Of a stretch of DNA of 52,664 nt, positions 35,723 through 49,178 are shown one piece after another. Made by a program: the position numbers and the translations under genes. Origin of the DNA: Caecitellus pseudoparvulus (Eukaryota; Protista; Bigyra: Bicosoecida); NCBI GenBank assembly GCA_965644315.1, contig CBFFRQ010000011.1, positions 1 through 52,664 of the forward strand. Direction: 5' to 3'. The first letter of the stretch is position 1; each line of letters opens with the position of its first letter. A model generated the notes under the pieces. That model was not told the origin of the DNA, ran no database searches, and saw only the letters and a program-made list of their open reading frames with translations.

Positions 35723-36614
35723 TCAATACTGCAGAGACTCCAAGCACGCAAGCACTGCTGCGTCATCCATGACGCTTGCAGGTGAAGGCGCAGGGTTGGT
35801 GCTGCCAGACAGGGGCTGCGGGAGGGGCTGAGGGTCCAGAGGAGCGCGCGTTGACTCGGACACGCAGGCTTCCACGCCCGCACTGCAGCCCTGTGCTGCC
35901 CAGCTGCCTCGTAGGCGCACCCACGCTTCGCGCTGCCCAGCTGTGCTCTGTGCTGGCTTCGCCTCAGCAGCAGGCAGACTCCACCGCAACGAGCCGTCGT
36001 GACGCGTGATGCCTGTGAGAGTGCGGCACACGCCCTCGTCTCCAATGCATCCCCCTGCATCGGTCCGGTCCACTCGCAAGTACGACTTGGGAAGCGAGCT
36101 GTCCACTCCGCTGGCCGGGTTGGGTGCTGATGCGGGTGGTACGCTCGGAAGCGGCACATCCGCAGCATAGGCAGCCCGCCGAAGTGCCCGGGCCGATGCA
36201 TGCACACGGGCTTTCCCTGCTGCCTGCATGCGTTGCTCTTCACAGGCCCGAGCAGCCCGCTGCCTTTCCACCGCAGCAAGGCGGTTGGACTCGTCTGTCT
36301 TCCACGCCTGCGCAACGGCTGCCGCACCGTCCTTGTGCCCCTGCCCCACGTGCACCAGCATGTCAGCTCGAAGTGTCAGTAGTTCCTGCAATTTTCGCTC
36401 TTTCTCTTCCTTCCATGATGCCTGAGCAGCGGTCGGTGCGGTCAAGTGCGTTCCCGGCAGGTCGCCCGTTGCGAGCAAAACGCACGTGTAACGCCAGCAC
36501 TTCCTCCCGCACTGCCTCCTCCTCCAGGGCTTCTAAAGACTGTGACAGCTCAATGGAGTTCCGCACTGCAGCTTCGCGCGCGATCCCGCGCCGTGTCTCG
36601 GAGTATCCATTCAT
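35723..36614 (-). CDS. Hypothetical coiled-coil protein, 2 exons
   Basis: ORFs 36363-36614 and 35723-36478 are joined in frame by a GTGCGT...CTCAG intron (about 36422-36485); E/R/A-rich helical segments. Confidence 0.6.
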
Positions 36615-36795
36615 CGCGACCTGCCCAGCGGCACAGGCGTGCTCAAGCGATTTCGTCTGAATCAGATGCCAAGCCCAGCAGCCCCTCGCAACAACGGGAA
36701 GTCAAAGACACAACCCTTGCGTACGATGAACAGCTTAGGATGGGAGAAGCTTATGTGACTTGGTGTATTGCTGAAGAGCGGCCGGCGCAGGGCGC

Positions 36796-39700
36796 TCACC
36801 CCGACTCATAACCCTCACTATCCACAGGCTTGTCTGAGTCAGTGTCTGCATCCCGGTCCATGGCTTCCTGCACCATGGACTCGCGCTGAGCAGAAGAAGC
36901 GAGGGAAGTCCTCCTTCCTCGCTGAGGAGTCCCACCACCCCCACCCGTGCCACCAGGCGCCACGTCCTCCTCAGACGAAGAATCAGGCTCCAGCGCTTGC
37001 CGCCGCCTCGCCAACTTCGCCGCCAGGTCAGCCTGCACCTGTGCAGCCGTCGACAGTGGTCGGCTGGACGCATCCACCTGCGACATGCGCTGTTGGCCAG
37101 ATTGCACTCGTGCTGCCCGCCGCTGCGCAGCTGCTTGGATGAAGCTCAACATGCCGCCGCCGCCGGCCGCCGCTGCAGGCGCAGGCGCGGCACCGGCACC
37201 CCCTCCCTTGCCACCGCTCTTGCGCTTACCTTTCTTGCCCTTCTTGGACGAACGCAGCTTCTTGCCTCGTTGGATCTCAGCCAGCAAGCCGCCAGTGGCA
37301 GGGGTTGAGGATGAGTCGACCCCCCCGTCACCTGACTGAGCAGGGGTTGATGCAGCACTTGCAGCAGGGGGTGGGGGCGCCGACTCACCCCCTGACTTGG
37401 CCGCCAGCACAGCACGCACATCATCCTCTCCCAGCCCAGCCACTTGCATGCGGGACCGCAGGACGTCCTCTGTCACTCCCGGCTGCTTGCTCAGCACTAA
37501 GAACCGTCGTTGGGCAGCTGACAATGCGGCCTGGCCTTGCTCGCCACGTTTGCCACCAGGCCGTTCGTGGAGTCTTGGGGCTGGTGCTGGTGCTGGTGCT
37601 GGTGCTGGTGCTGGTGCTGGAGCTAGAGCTGGTGCTGGTGCTGGTGCTGGTGCTGGTGCTGGTGCTGGAACAGGTGCAGGGGCTGGAACAGGGGCAGGAG
37701 CTGGAACAGGTACAGGAGCTGGAACAGGTGCAGGAGCTGGTGCTGGTGCAGGAGCTGGAACAGGTGCAGGAGCTGGAATCGATGCCGGCCCATTTCCACT
37801 TGCGCCGGTCTCCACTCCGCCAAGGGATGGGTAAAGGGGCAAGTGGAGGGGCGGCACAACCTGCCCGCTACCTGTGCCAGCGTGGGCGGGGGCTGGTGCG
37901 TGGCGCTGCCCTGTGCCATAGCCATACGCTGCAGCAGCGTCACGAGCGTCCATGGCGATGGGAGTGCCAGGCGGGGCAGTTGGCGTGGGCGGTTCGGGTT
38001 CCCCCGTGCCCTGATCAACGTCAAAGCTTGCTGGACCAGTCAGCACTCTATCGGGCCCATTGCCGCAGACAGTGAAGTGGGTGGTGCAGCGGCCCAGCAC
38101 TTCGTACTGCTGCGCTGCGAATGCCGATGGCACACTGAGGAAGGCAGGGACAAGACTGCTGGGTCCTGTGGCTCCACGCACGTAGGACAGAGTGTACTTG
38201 CCCTGCTGCTTCGGGAAATGGCCACCAGCCTCGGTCAGTGTCACCCGTGCCAGCGTGCCCGTCGCATTGCCCACAGGGGTCCAACACCCCGCAACGACCC
38301 CTGTGTTGGGCAGCCCGTCATCCAGGAGCGTCACGGCAAGGCGGTCCTCCGCGTGCTTCATGGGGCTCGTCATCACCTGCACTTCGATGGCGCAGTCGGC
38401 TGCTGCCAAGGTGACAGCCTCACCGTGACAGGCCTCAGGGGGGGTACTGCCGGTGTGCACCAGGCGGAACCGCAACGTTGGCGCGAACACGGCGAACGAG
38501 TGCGAAGCGCCCACCAGGGTCTTGTCTGAGAACACCACCAGGCGCCAGATGCCAGCGTGCATGGGGGCGTTGCCTTGGTTTTCGCTGAACATGGCCTGGG
38601 CGGAGCCGTCACCCATCACCTGCACCTGCTGGCTGGGGGCGAGCGTTCGAGAGGAAGTGAAGTAGCCCCCGCCGTGAATGGGCAGTTGCAGTTCGGCACT
38701 GCCCCCCGGGTGTGTCGTGACTCCCCCCTTCGGCCAAGGCCCAGGGGGGGGTGACACGACGTCCACTGCAGCCACAGTCAGGAGGTGCCGCAGGTGCTGC
38801 AGCGAAATGCCGCTGAAGATCAGACCACCCACACGCATGCCGGAGATGCAGTTGGCGGGGTCGTCCCCATCCACAGCGCAAGACAGGGCGAACTCCAAGC
38901 CATCCTCGCGGTGTGTATCCGCCGGTACCATGCCCACCAGCAGCGGAGGTGGGGGCGCACTGTGCAGCGGGATGGGCGCCGTCCGCACTCGCCCGCTGTA
39001 CGCCTGGCCCCAGAACACGGGTTCCTGCCGGGCGTACGCAGATGGCTGCTGCATGTGGGACGGGGAGCCGGCTGCCTGCGCAGTCTGCACGGCTGACGCG
39101 GCAGCGGCCAGGCGGGGGCGCAGACAGCCCTCGGGTGTCTTAGGCAGCACGTGCATGGCCCGTGCCACGAAGCACTGCCCCGTGACGAAGCGATGCTGCG
39201 TCGTGAGGCGACGGCCCCACGCACTGTGTGGCTGGTGCTGTGCCACGCTCAACAGCAGCTGGAAGGCACCGTGAGTCTGGGGCAGGACTGAACCCGTCAA
39301 CGGCACGACCAGCACCGACTCCCCCACCACCAGCATGGGCCGGGAAGCCACACACACTGCCTGGGACTCTGTCAAGTGACTGCGACGGGAAGACGCCTCC
39401 ACACCCGGTAAGGGCGCGCTGGTGCAGTGCTGGAGTTGGTGCCGGTGCGCCTGTTGCACTCGCAGTGCACACGGCACTCTGCTGGCGGGCTGTCGTCCAG
39501 GGCTGCTGTCCTCACCCTGGCCATGCGTGGAGGCACCCACCTCGCCGTCGCCCTGCGGCCCACCACTTTCGACGACATCCAGCAGCTTTGCCATGGGCAC
39601 GCTCGCCACATGCACAGCGTCTGATGCACTGCGGAAAGCGGACGTCACGACACGAGTGTACAGCTGCTGTTTGGGCCAGCAGGCCACCACGGGCAGGCCA

Positions 39701-41271
39701 CCGCGGGGTGGCAGACCGATGCTGGAACTGCTCAGGCGCAGTGGAGGTGCAGCTGTGTGCAGTGTCAGACTTGGAGCCAGCACCTGCACCTGGGTGATGC
39801 TCGCGAGTGGAACGCCGTTCGACACATACCGCACGGCATACACGCCAGGCGCTGGGAAGGCGCCGACATCACCCACGTCGGGGCCCAGTGTGATACAGTG
39901 CCAGCGTAGGTCGCCAAGGGCGGAGCTGTCGCCACTTGCGACCAGGGCCGACACCAACGACGGCGGCGTCGGCAACGAGTCCCTTGCCGTCGCACACACA
40001 TCTGCCAGGGACACGGACGCCACAGGCGCTTCGGGGGCCGGTGCCGCGAGTGGAGGGTCAGCCGCAGCGCTGGTGGAGGTGCGGGGCGCAACGTGCGCGC
40101 AGGCTGCCACCTCGATGGCGTCGCCCTTGTCCACCCATCGTGGCAGGCCCAGCCACAGCGACATGTGTGTGCCCCAGTAAAACCCCACTCGAGGGGGGAG
40201 GGGCACCTCCACTTGGGCAGGGGCAGGAGCTGTGTGTGCGAGGACAGCCGTGCCCTGTGCTGCCTGCACTTGGGACCCCTCCAGTGTTCGGGGTGACAGC
40301 GAGCAGGGCACTGTGACGGCCAGAGCGGGCCCCAGCACTTCAAACGTGGCAGAGCGAGCGGCGAAGGCGCTGGGGTCAGCGGCAGTGGGGTTGGCGAGTC
40401 GCGCCCATGCGGGGAGGTAGGCCGCGTAATACGCACCCGGCTCCATCGGCACACCCTCCTCCCCTCCCCGCACCACAAACGACACAGTCACACGGTCCGC
40501 CCACGACACTGTACCGGGAGGGCCCCCCTCCCCACCACTGCTCTGTTGAGCCACACACGCCTCCTCACTCCAACCATCCCCACCTTCACCCCCAGCAGCT
40601 CTGCCGCCCGATGGCGACCAAAGCCCCGCCAGCAGCCCTGTTGCCGGCTTGGCCAGGGGCAGCCGAGCGACCACCTGCCCCGAGCCCTCAGACACGAGGC
40701 ACAGGGCATCGCCGCTGGGGCGGTCACCGTGCGTTGTGACGGTGTAACGCACCGCGTTGCTCCACGTGTGGCGTGCCGCCTTGAACGGCTGCACCTGCAC
40801 TTGAGGTCGCACCACCCGAAAGGCCACCTCGCCGCCCACAGGCACGGGTTGCCCGTCCACCCCCACATACTGCACAGCGTACTGCCCTGGCTCCCTGGTG
40901 CACGCTGGGTCGTCGGCACCGCTGAAGGACAGCTTCATGGGGAAGAGCGTGTCACTCTCCACTGTCAACGCAGGGCTGGCCGGCGACACGACGCGCACGC
41001 CACCACCCTCCAGATGCCTCACCAGCCGCACACTCTCGCCACGCCACGGGGCATCGCAGTGCACCTCCACCTGGATAGCCTGCCCCGGGAAGTACTCTGC
41101 CACCACGCCCTGCAGCTTCACCTGCCGCAAGTATGGCGTGCAGACACGCATAAGGTACAGCGCCGCTCCACACAGCAAGCACGCCACGACCAGCGTCTGG
41201 GTCACTTCATGCGTGGCAATGCCCAGGAGCATGCCACCCAGGGATTGCTTCTGGAACTGTGTCACTTCCAT
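36796..41271 (-). CDS. 1491-aa protein: N-terminal hydrophobic helix, repeated beta-rich modules, (PA)n linker, C-terminal WH2/central/acidic-like region
   Basis: Long uninterrupted ORF. TM-like [18 protein letters not shown], recurring PGxYxxxY, WH2-like [27 protein letters not shown], acidic tail. Confidence 0.8.
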   Translation of the reverse strand: MEVTQFQKQSLGGMLLGIATHEVTQTLVVACLLCGAALYLMRVCTPYLRQVKLQGVVAEYFPGQAIQVEVHCDAPWRGESVRLVRHLEGGGVRVVSPASPALTVESDTLFPMKLSFSGADDPACTREPGQYAVQYVGVDGQPVPVGGEVAFRVVRPQVQVQPFKAARHTWSNAVRYTVTTHGDRPSGDALCLVSEGSGQVVARLPLAKPATGLLAGLWSPSGGRAAGGEGGDGWSEEACVAQQSSGGEGGPPGTVSWADRVTVSFVVRGGEEGVPMEPGAYYAAYLPAWARLANPTAADPSAFAARSATFEVLGPALAVTVPCSLSPRTLEGSQVQAAQGTAVLAHTAPAPAQVEVPLPPRVGFYWGTHMSLWLGLPRWVDKGDAIEVAACAHVAPRTSTSAAADPPLAAPAPEAPVASVSLADVCATARDSLPTPPSLVSALVASGDSSALGDLRWHCITLGPDVGDVGAFPAPGVYAVRYVSNGVPLASITQVQVLAPSLTLHTAAPPLRLSSSSIGLPPRGGLPVVACWPKQQLYTRVVTSAFRSASDAVHVASVPMAKLLDVVESGGPQGDGEVGASTHGQGEDSSPGRQPASRVPCALRVQQAHRHQLQHCTSAPLPGVEASSRRSHLTESQAVCVASRPMLVVGESVLVVPLTGSVLPQTHGAFQLLLSVAQHQPHSAWGRRLTTQHRFVTGQCFVARAMHVLPKTPEGCLRPRLAAAASAVQTAQAAGSPSHMQQPSAYARQEPVFWGQAYSGRVRTAPIPLHSAPPPPLLVGMVPADTHREDGLEFALSCAVDGDDPANCISGMRVGGLIFSGISLQHLRHLLTVAAVDVVSPPPGPWPKGGVTTHPGGSAELQLPIHGGGYFTSSRTLAPSQQVQVMGDGSAQAMFSENQGNAPMHAGIWRLVVFSDKTLVGASHSFAVFAPTLRFRLVHTGSTPPEACHGEAVTLAAADCAIEVQVMTSPMKHAEDRLAVTLLDDGLPNTGVVAGCWTPVGNATGTLARVTLTEAGGHFPKQQGKYTLSYVRGATGPSSLVPAFLSVPSAFAAQQYEVLGRCTTHFTVCGNGPDRVLTGPASFDVDQGTGEPEPPTPTAPPGTPIAMDARDAAAAYGYGTGQRHAPAPAHAGTGSGQVVPPLHLPLYPSLGGVETGASGNGPASIPAPAPVPAPAPAPAPAPVPAPVPVPAPAPVPAPAPVPAPAPAPAPAPAPALAPAPAPAPAPAPAPAPRLHERPGGKRGEQGQAALSAAQRRFLVLSKQPGVTEDVLRSRMQVAGLGEDDVRAVLAAKSGGESAPPPPAASAASTPAQSGDGGVDSSSTPATGGLLAEIQRGKKLRSSKKGKKGKRKSGGKGGGAGAAPAPAAAAGGGGMLSFIQAAAQRRAARVQSGQQRMSQVDASSRPLSTAAQVQADLAAKLARRRQALEPDSSSEEDVAPGGTGGGGGTPQRGRRTSLASSAQRESMVQEAMDRDADTDSDKPVDSEGYESG
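37578..37777. repeat. Coding minisatellite (GCTGGT/GCTGGA/ACAGGT)n encoding Pro-Ala/Pro-Val repeats
   Basis: Visible tandem hexamers inside the 36796-41271 ORF. Confidence 0.9.
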
Positions 41272-42082
41272 GGCGACTGGTGGCGGTCCAGAGCGCTGGA
41301 AGCCAAGTGAACCGACAGAGCCACCGCTGGCGTGGTCGCCTGCGAATTCCGCACAAGCACTCCCGACAGCGGCACTGGCAAGCCTGGAACTGCGCTCGCA
41401 CCACGCACTCCAGTCAGAAGTCCGCTATTGTCGTGAGCTTGAAGGTAGATTCAGGACGTGCGCTCAGTTTTTGTCTGCTCGCTGACTCTGCACTACCCTG
41501 CATTTCCCGGGTCGGCTCGGACACTGTGCACCGGACCTCTGGTCAAACAATGCCGCTTCTTCGCAGGTGCAGACCTTACAAGCCGGGTGTGCTATTGCAT
41601 AACTGCACGGTGCCCGGTTGGTGCGTGCCGTGAGCTTGTCAACTTTGCGTTGATGACTGCATTTGACCGTCCGGATTTGACAAGAGCACCAAGGATAATG
41701 CCTCTAACCAAGGTCTTTTGTATTGCGCTAGAGGCAGCGGCTGAATTGGCCCTACTCTTTCCGACACAGGTACGGCAGCAATTCCCCTACAGACCTGTAA
41801 CTGCCATGCCTCTCGTCTGTTCAGGTTGGCCGCGTGAGCGTCTATCTACGGCGGGGCAAGAAGCGCATGCCTTGCCAGGCCTGGACAGGCATGCAGCTGA
41901 TCAGACGCGCAGCCTAAGCGGCTGGCCACAATTCACCGGGCAAGACAAGGGTGCACTCCTCGGGCATCCACCTTGCCACATCTCAGCTGCCCCCACTCAC
42001 TGCCCCGTCTCGGTGCAGCGTCCCCAGGGCCAGACGCAGGCACCGCCGTCCCTGCTGCGCGGCCACAGCTCAAGGCAGCGGG

Positions 42083-45000
42083 ATGTTTCAAGCTGGCGGC
42101 AATGCCGGATGGGTGCACCACGCTAGTTTGGAAGGCCCCAAGGTGCAAGCAGTTGCATGGGATGCCTTGGAGGAGCGGCTGTGGAGCGTGACGGAAAGCG
42201 TGGGTGGCAGCAGCTGCCGTTGCAGCGGCAGACGCAGCCAAGTCGAGTGCCATCCCACCTCGCAGGGCCGATTGCAAAGCCATTCTTGGCCTGATGGGGG
42301 ACTGCTCTGCCGTGTCAAGGCGCACGCGCTGGGAAATGTTCTGCTCACGCCCGTCATCGAGTGCGTTGAGCTGGTGTGGTGGCTGGGCCCAATTTCCGCA
42401 CGCACCTCCCGCGGCCTCCTGCCCGTGTTTCGCATCACAGGGGCGTCTTGACAGCGGGAACTGTTGCCTCCAGCGGTGTTGGAGCTCCAAGTGGCAATGA
42501 ACGCGTGTGCCTGCGGCTGTATGACCGTGGTGGGGTGCTGCAGACGGAGCACGTGTTGGAGCTGGCCAAGCTGGCCGCCGCCAGTGACACGCCTCACGCC
42601 TCGCCCCACAACTTCCAGCCAGTGGCACTGGTGGCATTACCCTTTGCAGGGGGGGGCGGAGCAGGACGCCAGGGCTCGAGCGGGGCGCCCTCTGCCGCAC
42701 GGGCTGTGCTGGTGCTGCGGTGCGGCGATGCGCGCGTCGTGGACATGACGTCGACCTCCGCACGCCCTGTTCCTGGCACGCCCTGCCCCCGGCTGATCAC
42801 CGTGTTCCGTTGTGGCCAGGAAGTGGGCTTGGCGGCAGCGGTCATGCCAGATCCGTCAGGTGCTGGCCGCCGCCTGACTGGGCAGTGGGGCGGCCTGGTT
42901 CTGGCGTGCACCCGACCCCCCGAGGCGGGGCCAGCGGATTCGAGCCCCCCCCCTGCTGCCGATGAGGGGGGGGGCGGTGACGACGCTGCTGTGCCCTTCT
43001 CCCCCATCCCCGTCTCCCGCCCCCGGCGCCTGCCCACCCTGTTCTTCTTCGACGGCTCCTGCCGCGCCAATCGCCCCGTCGCTGAGCTGTCCATGCACAG
43101 CGAGGGGGGTGTGTCTGCCCTCGTGGTGCGGGGGCGTTTCCTCATCACTGCAGGGCGGCTGGCCGGAGAGGCACAGGACCCGGCCCTGCGCGCAGTGGAC
43201 CTGAGTACCCTGCAGCCAGCAGGGAATCTGCAGGTGCTGCCTCGCTCGTCCACATCTGCCACGGACCCCATCGCCTGGCTGGCGGCAGGGGGGGGCGAGG
43301 GGGGGTCCAACCAGGCAGGTGCGCCCACCGCCATCCTGGTTGGCACCCACTTTGGCTCTGTGCGCACTGTGGAGATGTACCCCCCCGCCCCGGGCAATTC
43401 CCGTGTGACGGCGCAGTCGGTGGGCACCACCACCATCACCAGTACATCAGGGGGCGTCTCGCGTTTCAAAGCCCAAGGCGTCGCCATGTCGCCCACTGGA
43501 GAGGTCCTCGTCGCCGCTGACATGCGTGGAATGAGGGCATTCCTGACCCCCCCCGACGTGCCCTCCGTGTCAGTCGGGCCCTCTGTGGCAGTGCAGGGGC
43601 GTGTGGAGGGTCTGCGTGCCACCGCCCTCGGGGCCAGGCTGCTGCACCCGTCACTGCCACGGCACGTGGCGCTGCCACCCCAACACCCCAGTGCCCTGGC
43701 CACCCTGACACTGCCTGAGCCGGGCATGGTGGCGCCTCAGGCTGCCATGGGGATACACCCCGAAGCGCCGGTGCTGGCCCACGCACTCACACGCGCACTG
43801 CCGCTGCACACGCCTCCCCCGGCTGTGCCATTGGCAGGCAGTGCTGCGCTCATGGCAGCCGTGCCCCTGCTCACAGCCAAAGACGCAGCGTGGGGCGTGG
43901 GCACCTTCCAACCGACTGGCGCACCTGGGATGCAGGCGCTCCTGCCGCTGAACGCGCCGGGGTCTGCTCTGCCTCACGCCGTCACCACCACGCCACTGCT
44001 GCCCCTGCCCCGACAGGGCGCCAGCCGAGTGGTGCAGCGCATCGCACTGGGGTCCCTGCCGGAGCAGCAGGAAGAAGGCGCAGCCCCCGCCCGCCGCCCC
44101 CCCGCCGACAGCGCCTGGCTACCTGAAGGCGTCGTGGCGCACGTCAGTTTGCGGCAGGTGGCAGCGGGCGGCAGCACCGAGATGCCAGACGGCCCCCCCG
44201 TGCGCCTACGCCCCAACAGCCACGTGTACGGCCAGAGCGCAGAAGGAGTTCCCCCGCACCTGACTGATGTCATGCGTGCCACTGACGTGCGGGGTGGTGT
44301 GGCGCTGGCGACACCCGCGTCACCCTCGCCCAAGGCAGCCACACTGGCAGTGCCAACGCGTTTCGCAGTGCCCAAGCCAGCCGTGCCCAGGTTTGGCTGG
44401 ACTGCCTACGACGCGAGTGAGCTGAACAGGCACCCCATCCTGCCCTGTGTCCTGGACGTCGGCCAGAACACGCTGCTGGCCCAGCCGTTCCTGCTGTGTC
44501 AGTTCACGCGCGCCCTGCGGCAGCCACTTCGCCGCGCCACCCCCACCTGCGACACACCCCTGCTGGCGGAAGTGAAGGGAGCCCTCGACATTTCTCACGC
44601 GCTGAGCGAAGGCCCGCCTAGCAGCCGTCTGCTGTCGCCCATTGGCGTCGTGCGTGCCGCGCGCTCCAGCCACTACATCGTCGGCGCAGGGGTGTTGGCG
44701 CCAGGGCACATCTACTCTCCCCTAAGACGGCTGCCCGTCGCCATGCAGGCGTTTTTCACCGCCATCACGGCGGAACAGCCCTCCCTCGCGGCTGCCGTGG
44801 ATGACACGTTGGGGCTGCATTGGCGGGACGGCGATGGGGCGCCGTCGAACAGCACTCGCGGCGCCTTCCTGCAGTACGCGAAAAACGCCCCCTACGCCCA
44901 CGCCCGGGGCGCCGAGGCACGCGATGCGGCCATTGAACACTCTTTCCCCGCGGCACTGTCCCGGGGCCTGGCTGTGGATGACGTCACGCGTGTGTGGCGG

Positions 45001-46593
45001 AGGTTTCCGGATGGGTCGCTTGCACGCCAGGCCGCAGGGCGAACCGTGACGCGCCTGCCTCCCCTGCTGCTGGTGGACTGTGCCCTGCAGCAGGAATGGC
45101 AGAGAGAGGTGTGGACAGGGGACGGGTGGCTACCCACTGCCTTGGACATCACGCTCAGCAGCCCCACCACCACGCGGCCCAGCGGCGAGGCAGGCTCGTA
45201 CTGCGTCGGCGGTGTCAAGGTGTCACGAGCGGACATGGGCGCCCCACCGCCGCACACCACGCCCACCTCCACCAGCACACGCTACCACCTCGTGGGCGTC
45301 GTGTCCTTCGTCGGGCCCTTCGAAGCGGCGACATGCCCACCCAGCGCCGCAACTGCTTCAAGCACGGCGACAGGCGGCAGCGGCGGCACACCCCCCTTCA
45401 TGTCCCCTGGCATGGTGGCGGCGCTGGCTCGGGGAGGGGAGGGGCCAGGGCACTTTGTCCTGCACGCCCGGCTGAGCGAGGCTGGGGAGTGGAGTGGCGA
45501 CGCGGGCGGCGCCTGGTGGCTGTGGAATTCCCTCAGCGTGACGCCCTCCTCGGCGGGGGAGGCGGTGGATTTCTCCGCTGCGTGGCGCCACCCCGTGGCC
45601 CTGCTGTGGGCCCACGCTGCGGGGGTGGACACCCCGGACCACCCCGCTCCCGGGCAGCACCCCCTGCATGCAGTGTGGAGTCGTGACGAGCCCTCTGCCC
45701 CCGGCCTTTCCTTGCTGCGCTGCCGTCCCATCCAATTCGCGACGAACCTGCCCGGCGGCGAAGACGACGAGGCGGCGTGGTCGGCGCAAGTGCAGCACGC
45801 AGAGGCGTACTTGGCATCGTCTGGGCCTGCTCCGTTGGTGGCGCTGGATGCGGAATTCGTGACGGTCATGTCCCGCATCACAGCGCCTGGCCCGAACGGC
45901 CCCGCCATCCTGCGCCCAGCAGTGGAGCGGCCTGGGCGAGTCAGTGTCGTGGGGGGTGACGGCGCGACGCTGCTGGACACGTTCATTGTGTGCGAGGAGG
46001 CCGTGCAAGACTACTGGACACGGTTCAGCGGCATTCGGGAGGGGGACCTGAACCCCGCCACCTCCAAGCAGCGCCTGACACCGCTGCCCACGGTCCTCCT
46101 GCAGCTGCGAGCACTGGTGGCGTGTGGCGCAGTGTTCGTGGGGCATGGCGTGGCGAAGGACTTCTTCATTCTGAACCTGCACGTGCCGCCGCAGCAGGTG
46201 GTGGACACTGCTCAGCTGTGGCGGCGCCCAGGCGAACGTATCTTTAAGCTGCGCTTCCTCGCGGCACACTTGCTGGGGCAAGACATCCAGGACACGGAAC
46301 ACGACAGCACCCAGGATGCGCGGACGGCCCTGGACCTTCTGCACAAGTACCTCGCAGTGGTCGACGTTCCGAGGCTGCCGGCAGGTGGCGCAGGCGACCT
46401 GCCAACGCCCGCCCAGCACCCCGCCTTGGGCAGCATTGTGGAGCACTTGTACAGTGAGGGCCGGCGCAGTGGCTTCAAGGTGGCGGGTGGCGCCAGTGCC
46501 TTAGCGTCCTCTGCCTCCACCCTCGCTGCGTTGCGGGGCGGTGCCGCTGAGCCAGGCGACGCTGACAGCGACAGCGACGAGCACGAGAGGTGA
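42083..46593 (+). CDS. PAN2: PAN2 poly(A) nuclease catalytic subunit (divergent WD40/UCH regions + DEDDh exonuclease)
   Basis: VALDAEFV, RVSVV, VQDYWTRFSGI.EGDLNP, FVGHG..KDF, LRFLAAHLLGQDIQ..EHDSTQDARTAL. The upstream exon WDALEERLW resembles the PAN2 N-terminus. Two short 5' introns predicted. Confidence 0.85.
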
Positions 46594-46641
46594 GCCGTGC
46601 ACGTCCTGTCTTCCACTTGAGCTCGGAATTGTGTTCCGGGG

Positions 46642-48201
46642 TCACGGCTGCAGGCCGTGCTTCCGTTTGATGGCCGCTTCCAACGGAATGGACAGAAATG
46701 CAGCCAGCACAATGCCCAGCGTGTCAGCAGTGCTCGCAGCGCCCAGGGACAGCTCTCGGACCGCGGGGTCCACTTGTTCGTGGATCATGCGGAAGGCGTT
46801 GACATCTGCAGTGAGAAGAGGGAGGAAGGGGGTGCCGCGTTGCACGCTGCAGCGGCGACGAGCAATGCAAAAACGCACATGTTGCGCCACCCAGCAAGCC
46901 CACCCAAACGGTGAGAGCCCCCATGACGATGGGGCTTGGAATGAAGTATGTAAAACCTTGAACCAGGAACAGCCCCAGCGTCAGCACCTGCAGCAGCGGC
47001 AGCGGCCACAGCAGCTTCAACGGCAGCACCGTGCCGCTGCTGCGGGACACGAACACTCCGCACTGGTAGCAGAAACCCGCGATGACGTACCACTGACTGG
47101 CGCTGAGTGCATGGAACTGCAGGGCGCTGTTCACGCCCGTCTGCACGACGTATTCCGCAGCGTACACCAAGAACAGCGGCAGCATATACACCCACAACGG
47201 CGCGATGACTCGCAGGCGCTGGGGCAGACTCATGTTGCGTGTGGAGGCGGCAGACTGCAGTGCATCGCGAGGGACAACGGGAAGGGTGGAGTCTTTCGGC
47301 GACTGCTGCTGCTGCGCCTGTTGGAAGTCACCGTGTGGTGCAGGGGGTGTCGCTGCCACGGGCGCATACCCATCCCCACCCCCCCTGCCCTGGCGCGACC
47401 CGGTGTCCAGGTCCAGAGAGGGGACGCCATCCCTTGTCCCCCCTTGTCCTTCTTCCAACAGGGGGCTGTGGTCAGAGGTGGCCAGGGGCGACGCAGAACC
47501 CCCCTCGCGCTCGCCAGTGGGGGGCTTCGCGCTGGCAGGCACACAGGCGTGCGCCTGGGCCGGCGTGGGCAGCAGTGCGACATACACCAGGAAGAAGGCC
47601 CCTGCCCAGGCAGCCCCCAGCTTCAAGGTGAGGGGGGCGGGAACGCCCAGCACAGTGTGCAGGAGCAAGAACCAGCCTGAGCCGGCGACGCCAGCAATGC
47701 CTGTCCCTGACGACCACGCCGTCAGCACCTGTTTGCCGGGGTAGAAGGCAGACATGGCCAGGAAGGTGACTTCGCCCCACCCTGAGGCGACGGAGCCCAG
47801 CGCCACGCCCAGCAGGCGCACAGTGGGCGTGCCGCCGAAGCCAGTGACGAGGAAGGCAGCCACGCTGCACGCAGTGCAAATGCCCACTCGCACGACAAAT
47901 GGGAAGTGGTGCACCCACAGCGGCGCAGTGGACTTGATGATGATGGTGGGCACAATATCGGCGGCCAGCACAGCCCCTGCGCGCCCCTTCAAAATGCTCT
48001 CAGCCCTGGCGCGGCGTGTAGGGCAGGGTTGCGGTGCGGAAGTTGACTTGCCACAGGCGCTTGCAAACCTGCACAGCACAGCAGCACGCACCCTGAGAGC
48101 ATGACGACATACACAAAGTTATTCAGCAGACCCAGCAGCCACCATGCGCTCATGAGCTGTGCGTACTTCATGTTGCAGGGGGAGCCCTGGTGCCGCTCCA
48201 T
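46642..48201 (-). CDS. CLN3: Battenin/CLN3 (Btn1) lysosomal membrane protein, 3 exons
   Basis: WLLGLLNNFVYVVMLS, VLAADIVP, SGWGEVTFL, AWSSGTGIAG, PLFLVYAAEY, YQCGVFVSRSS, GLLGGATYVNAF (across a splice). Start is ATG 48201 or 48171. Confidence 0.93.
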
Positions 48202-48447
48202 TCCGGCCCGGCGCACACGCTGCTGCCTCCCAGACCAGTTTGCGCAGGGACAGGTGTGAAGGGCAACAGTTGAGGGTCATCAAATACCAACTCCACACAT
48301 TGAACCCGGAGATTCGTTTATTCAAATTGCTGTGTTCCTGCCGCTACTTTGCTGGAAGCTCGCAACAGCAGGAGCTGGGCGTGCCTGCGTTTCGCAAGCC
48401 TCGCGTTTCGCCTTGACAGCATGGCCACTGCCACGTCCCTGTCCGCC

Positions 48448-49156
48448 ATGGACGCCCTGGGCAACGCCCGAACGGGCGCCCAAAAGCTCTTTGGTCCAAA
48501 GCAAGAGGAGGGCATGATGGGCGAGCTCAATGCCATGTGCAACCTCACGTATTCCCAGGTGCGAGCAGAGTGCGAGCTGGCTTCCAGCTGCTGCTCCTGC
48601 ACCACTGTCACCAGCGCCCCCGCCCCCCCCCGCCCAGCGCATGTATGGCTTCGCGGCCTGTTTCGTCCTTGGGACCATCTTGTCCATCATCGTGCGTCGT
48701 GCGCGAGCAAGAGGCACGCGCGCCGCTCCCCGTGACACCCCGCCTTCGCCGCGGCTCCCAGTCGGCATTCTTCATCACACAGCCGGTGAAGTTCGCCGTC
48801 CTGTACTCCATCGGCAACGTCATCGCCCTCATCAGGTCCGGCGGCAGGGCGTCCCTGCAAGCCCCTCACAGCCTACCCTGCACCCCCCCCCTTCCCCCCT
48901 GCACAGCACCTCCTTCCTCCTCGGACCCTGCACCCAGCTCAAGTACATGTTCCACCGCAAGCGGCTGGTGGCCACCATCCTGTACCTGGTCATGATTGTC
49001 GTCACAGTGCTGGTGGCAGTGCTGACGCAGAATGAGGGCCTGACCTTCCTGTGCATCATCGTGCAGTACTTGGCGCTCACCTGGTATGCGTTGTCCTACA
49101 TTCCCTTTGCTCGGGACATGGCCAAGCGGTGCTGCGGCAGCGTCATGTCAGGGTGA
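48448..49156 (+). CDS. SFT2: Vesicle transport protein SFT2 (Got1/Sft2 family), 4 exons
   Basis: LTYSQ|RMYGFAACF, KFAVLYSIGN, STSFLLGPCTQLKYMF..KRLVAT, WYALSYIPFAR. An alternative ATG lies at 48421. Confidence 0.92.
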
Positions 49157-49178
49157 GCCAACCATACAATACATGCAT

